Made by a program: the position numbers and the translations under genes | Part shown: positions 60,418 through 64,000 of the stretch, in pieces | Numbering within the stretch: the stretch's first letter is position 1 | Layout: each line of letters opens with the position of its first letter | Assembly: GCA_000004985.1 (NCBI GenBank) | Contig: GG738901.1 | DNA length: 64,000 nt | Source: Naegleria gruberi | Lineage: Eukaryota | Strand: one strand, 5' to 3' | The notes under the pieces: model-generated | The model's input: only the letters and a program-made list of their open reading frames with translations | The model's database searches: none | Told to the model about the DNA's origin: nothing

Positions 60418-61710
60418 CTAGAGTTTTGATTTTCTATTTACGAATGCCTTGGCTCCCTTAACTGTTTCAATATTAAGAGCAGTAAGACCAAGCTCATATT
60501 CTCTTTGAAGCTTTTCCTTCATCGATTTTCCGCTATAAGCTGCTTCAAGGGCTGAAGTTTTATCATTTCTCATACAAAGTTGTGGGAATACACATAATTG
60601 GTTAGCCAACTTCACAGCACAATCCAATACATTTTCATCCTTAGAAATTATTCTATTGATAAGGCCAATTTTATGTGCTTCCTTTCCATCAATTTCTCTT
60701 CCTGTCAAAATCAAGTCCATAGCTCTGCTCAATCCAATTAAAGTTGGTAAACGAATTGAACCTCCATCAATTAATGGAACACCATAACGTCTACAATTGA
60801 CACCAAATATCGAATTGGTCTTACAAACTCGTAAATCACACCAACAAGCAAGTTCCAAACCACCTGCAACACAGTAACCTCCTCCAATGGCAGCAATAAC
60901 TGGCTTGGATAAGCTCATTCTAGTTGGGCCCAGAGGTCCTTTTGCTGTTTTAGTTACTGGCTCAACTTGATTCAAATTTCCTTCCGAAACAGCTTTAAGA
61001 TCTGCCCCTACACAAAAATCAGTCTCGGAACCATATAATATAGCAACACGTGCATTTACATCCTTTTCAAAATCAAAGAATGCTTGATAAAGTTCATCTG
61101 CTGTTCTTCTATCAATTGCATTCTTCACCTCTGGGCGTTGAATTTTAATAATTTGAATTGTTCTATCAGATAAAAACGACACTGAAATATTCTTATAATT
61201 ATTCTTCGGAGCAAGTGGATGTTGTTTATAAATACTTCCACTATTATGATATTTAGTATGATGGTGAGAAGTGAAAATATCTTCCGATGCTAAAAGGCTT
61301 TCATCTTGCATTGATGTTTTCATCTTGAAAATTGATGGTGTTGTTGAAGATGAATTATTTCTTCTTGTTGTTGTAGAATTTGCTGCAGCTGATGAAGATG
61401 AAGAAGATCCATTGCTGCTACACTCATTCACCGATACTAATAACATTGTTTCATCTTGTTGTTCTCCGAGTTTTTGTGGGAGAAACGAGAGACGCATTTT
61501 TTTTTCTTTTCTTTTTGACTTCCTATTTAGGACCTTGGGTAGATGGATTTGGAAAAATATTAAGGGAAGAAAAAGTTGAGAGAATTGAGGATTGTGGAAT
61601 GAGTGGATGGAAGTAGATGTGGTGAGGAAGATGTGGTGAAGAGAGGATTGTGAATGGTTCAGTAATTGATGAGATTTCCAAGCAATTTGGTCAATTAGAT
61701 TTTTTTTCAA
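60418..61710 (-). CDS. enoyl-CoA hydratase/isomerase (crotonase) family protein; probable start MRLSFLPQK at about 61497 (mitochondrial presequence-like)
   Basis: ..AILYGSETDFCVGADLKA.. and ..VIAAIGGGYCVAGGLELACWCDLRV..GVPLIDGGSIRLPTLIG are crotonase-fold oxyanion-hole motifs. The upstream part of the track ORF is probably untranslated leader. Confidence 0.75.
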   Translation of the reverse strand: MKKNLIDQIAWKSHQLLNHSQSSLHHIFLTTSTSIHSFHNPQFSQLFLPLIFFQIHLPKVLNRKSKRKEKKMRLSFLPQKLGEQQDETMLLVSVNECSSNGSSSSSSAAANSTTTRRNNSSSTTPSIFKMKTSMQDESLLASEDIFTSHHHTKYHNSGSIYKQHPLAPKNNYKNISVSFLSDRTIQIIKIQRPEVKNAIDRRTADELYQAFFDFEKDVNARVAILYGSETDFCVGADLKAVSEGNLNQVEPVTKTAKGPLGPTRMSLSKPVIAAIGGGYCVAGGLELACWCDLRVCKTNSIFGVNCRRYGVPLIDGGSIRLPTLIGLSRAMDLILTGREIDGKEAHKIGLINRIISKDENVLDCAVKLANQLCVFPQLCMRNDKTSALEAAYSGKSMKEKLQREYELGLTALNIETVKGAKAFVNRKSKL

Positions 61711-61757
61711 AAGCTCAATTAAAGTATTTCCTTGTCAAATATCGTGAAAGATTTTTT

Positions 61758-63983
<2,226 letters not shown>

Positions 63984-64000
63984 TATGCTAGATTCTCACA

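Overview
This 64-kb window is nuclear DNA from a very AT-rich eukaryote, most likely a dictyostelid-like amoebozoan. The evidence is poly-Asn and poly-Gln coding tracts, GT-AG introns of roughly 36-220 nt, about one gene per 1.6 kb on both strands, and a gene content that includes G-alpha, formin, an sAC-type cyclase, a 7TM-RGS protein, Hsp33 and a GCK-III kinase. I found no prokaryotic features: no operons, no CRISPR array, no rRNA. I could support about 36 protein-coding genes, many needing spliced models that the six-frame track splits across ORFs. There is one tRNA-Ala(UGC) with a downstream oligo-T terminator. There is one 50-nt assembly gap (N run) lying inside an intronless TNP2/DUF4218-type transposase-like ORF pair, which is probably a DNA transposon relic. 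There is a roughly 210-bp duplication of a gene's 5' exon located 2.85 kb away, flanking an intronless NmrA-like gene. Several coding microsatellites are present. Items worth a second look include the transposase-like element, a 7TM-RGS gene with a frame break, an EF1A-family GTPase paralog that appears to lack the catalytic His, a degenerate DEAD-box N-domain-only protein, an LRR-FH1-FH2 formin, an atypical Rho-like GTPase, a DsbA-like CxxS protein, Hsp33, Akirin, and extremely short (36-46 nt) introns. Several splice junctions could not be phased by eye, which suggests indel errors in a draft assembly. All coordinates were worked out by eye and may be off by 1-2 nt.
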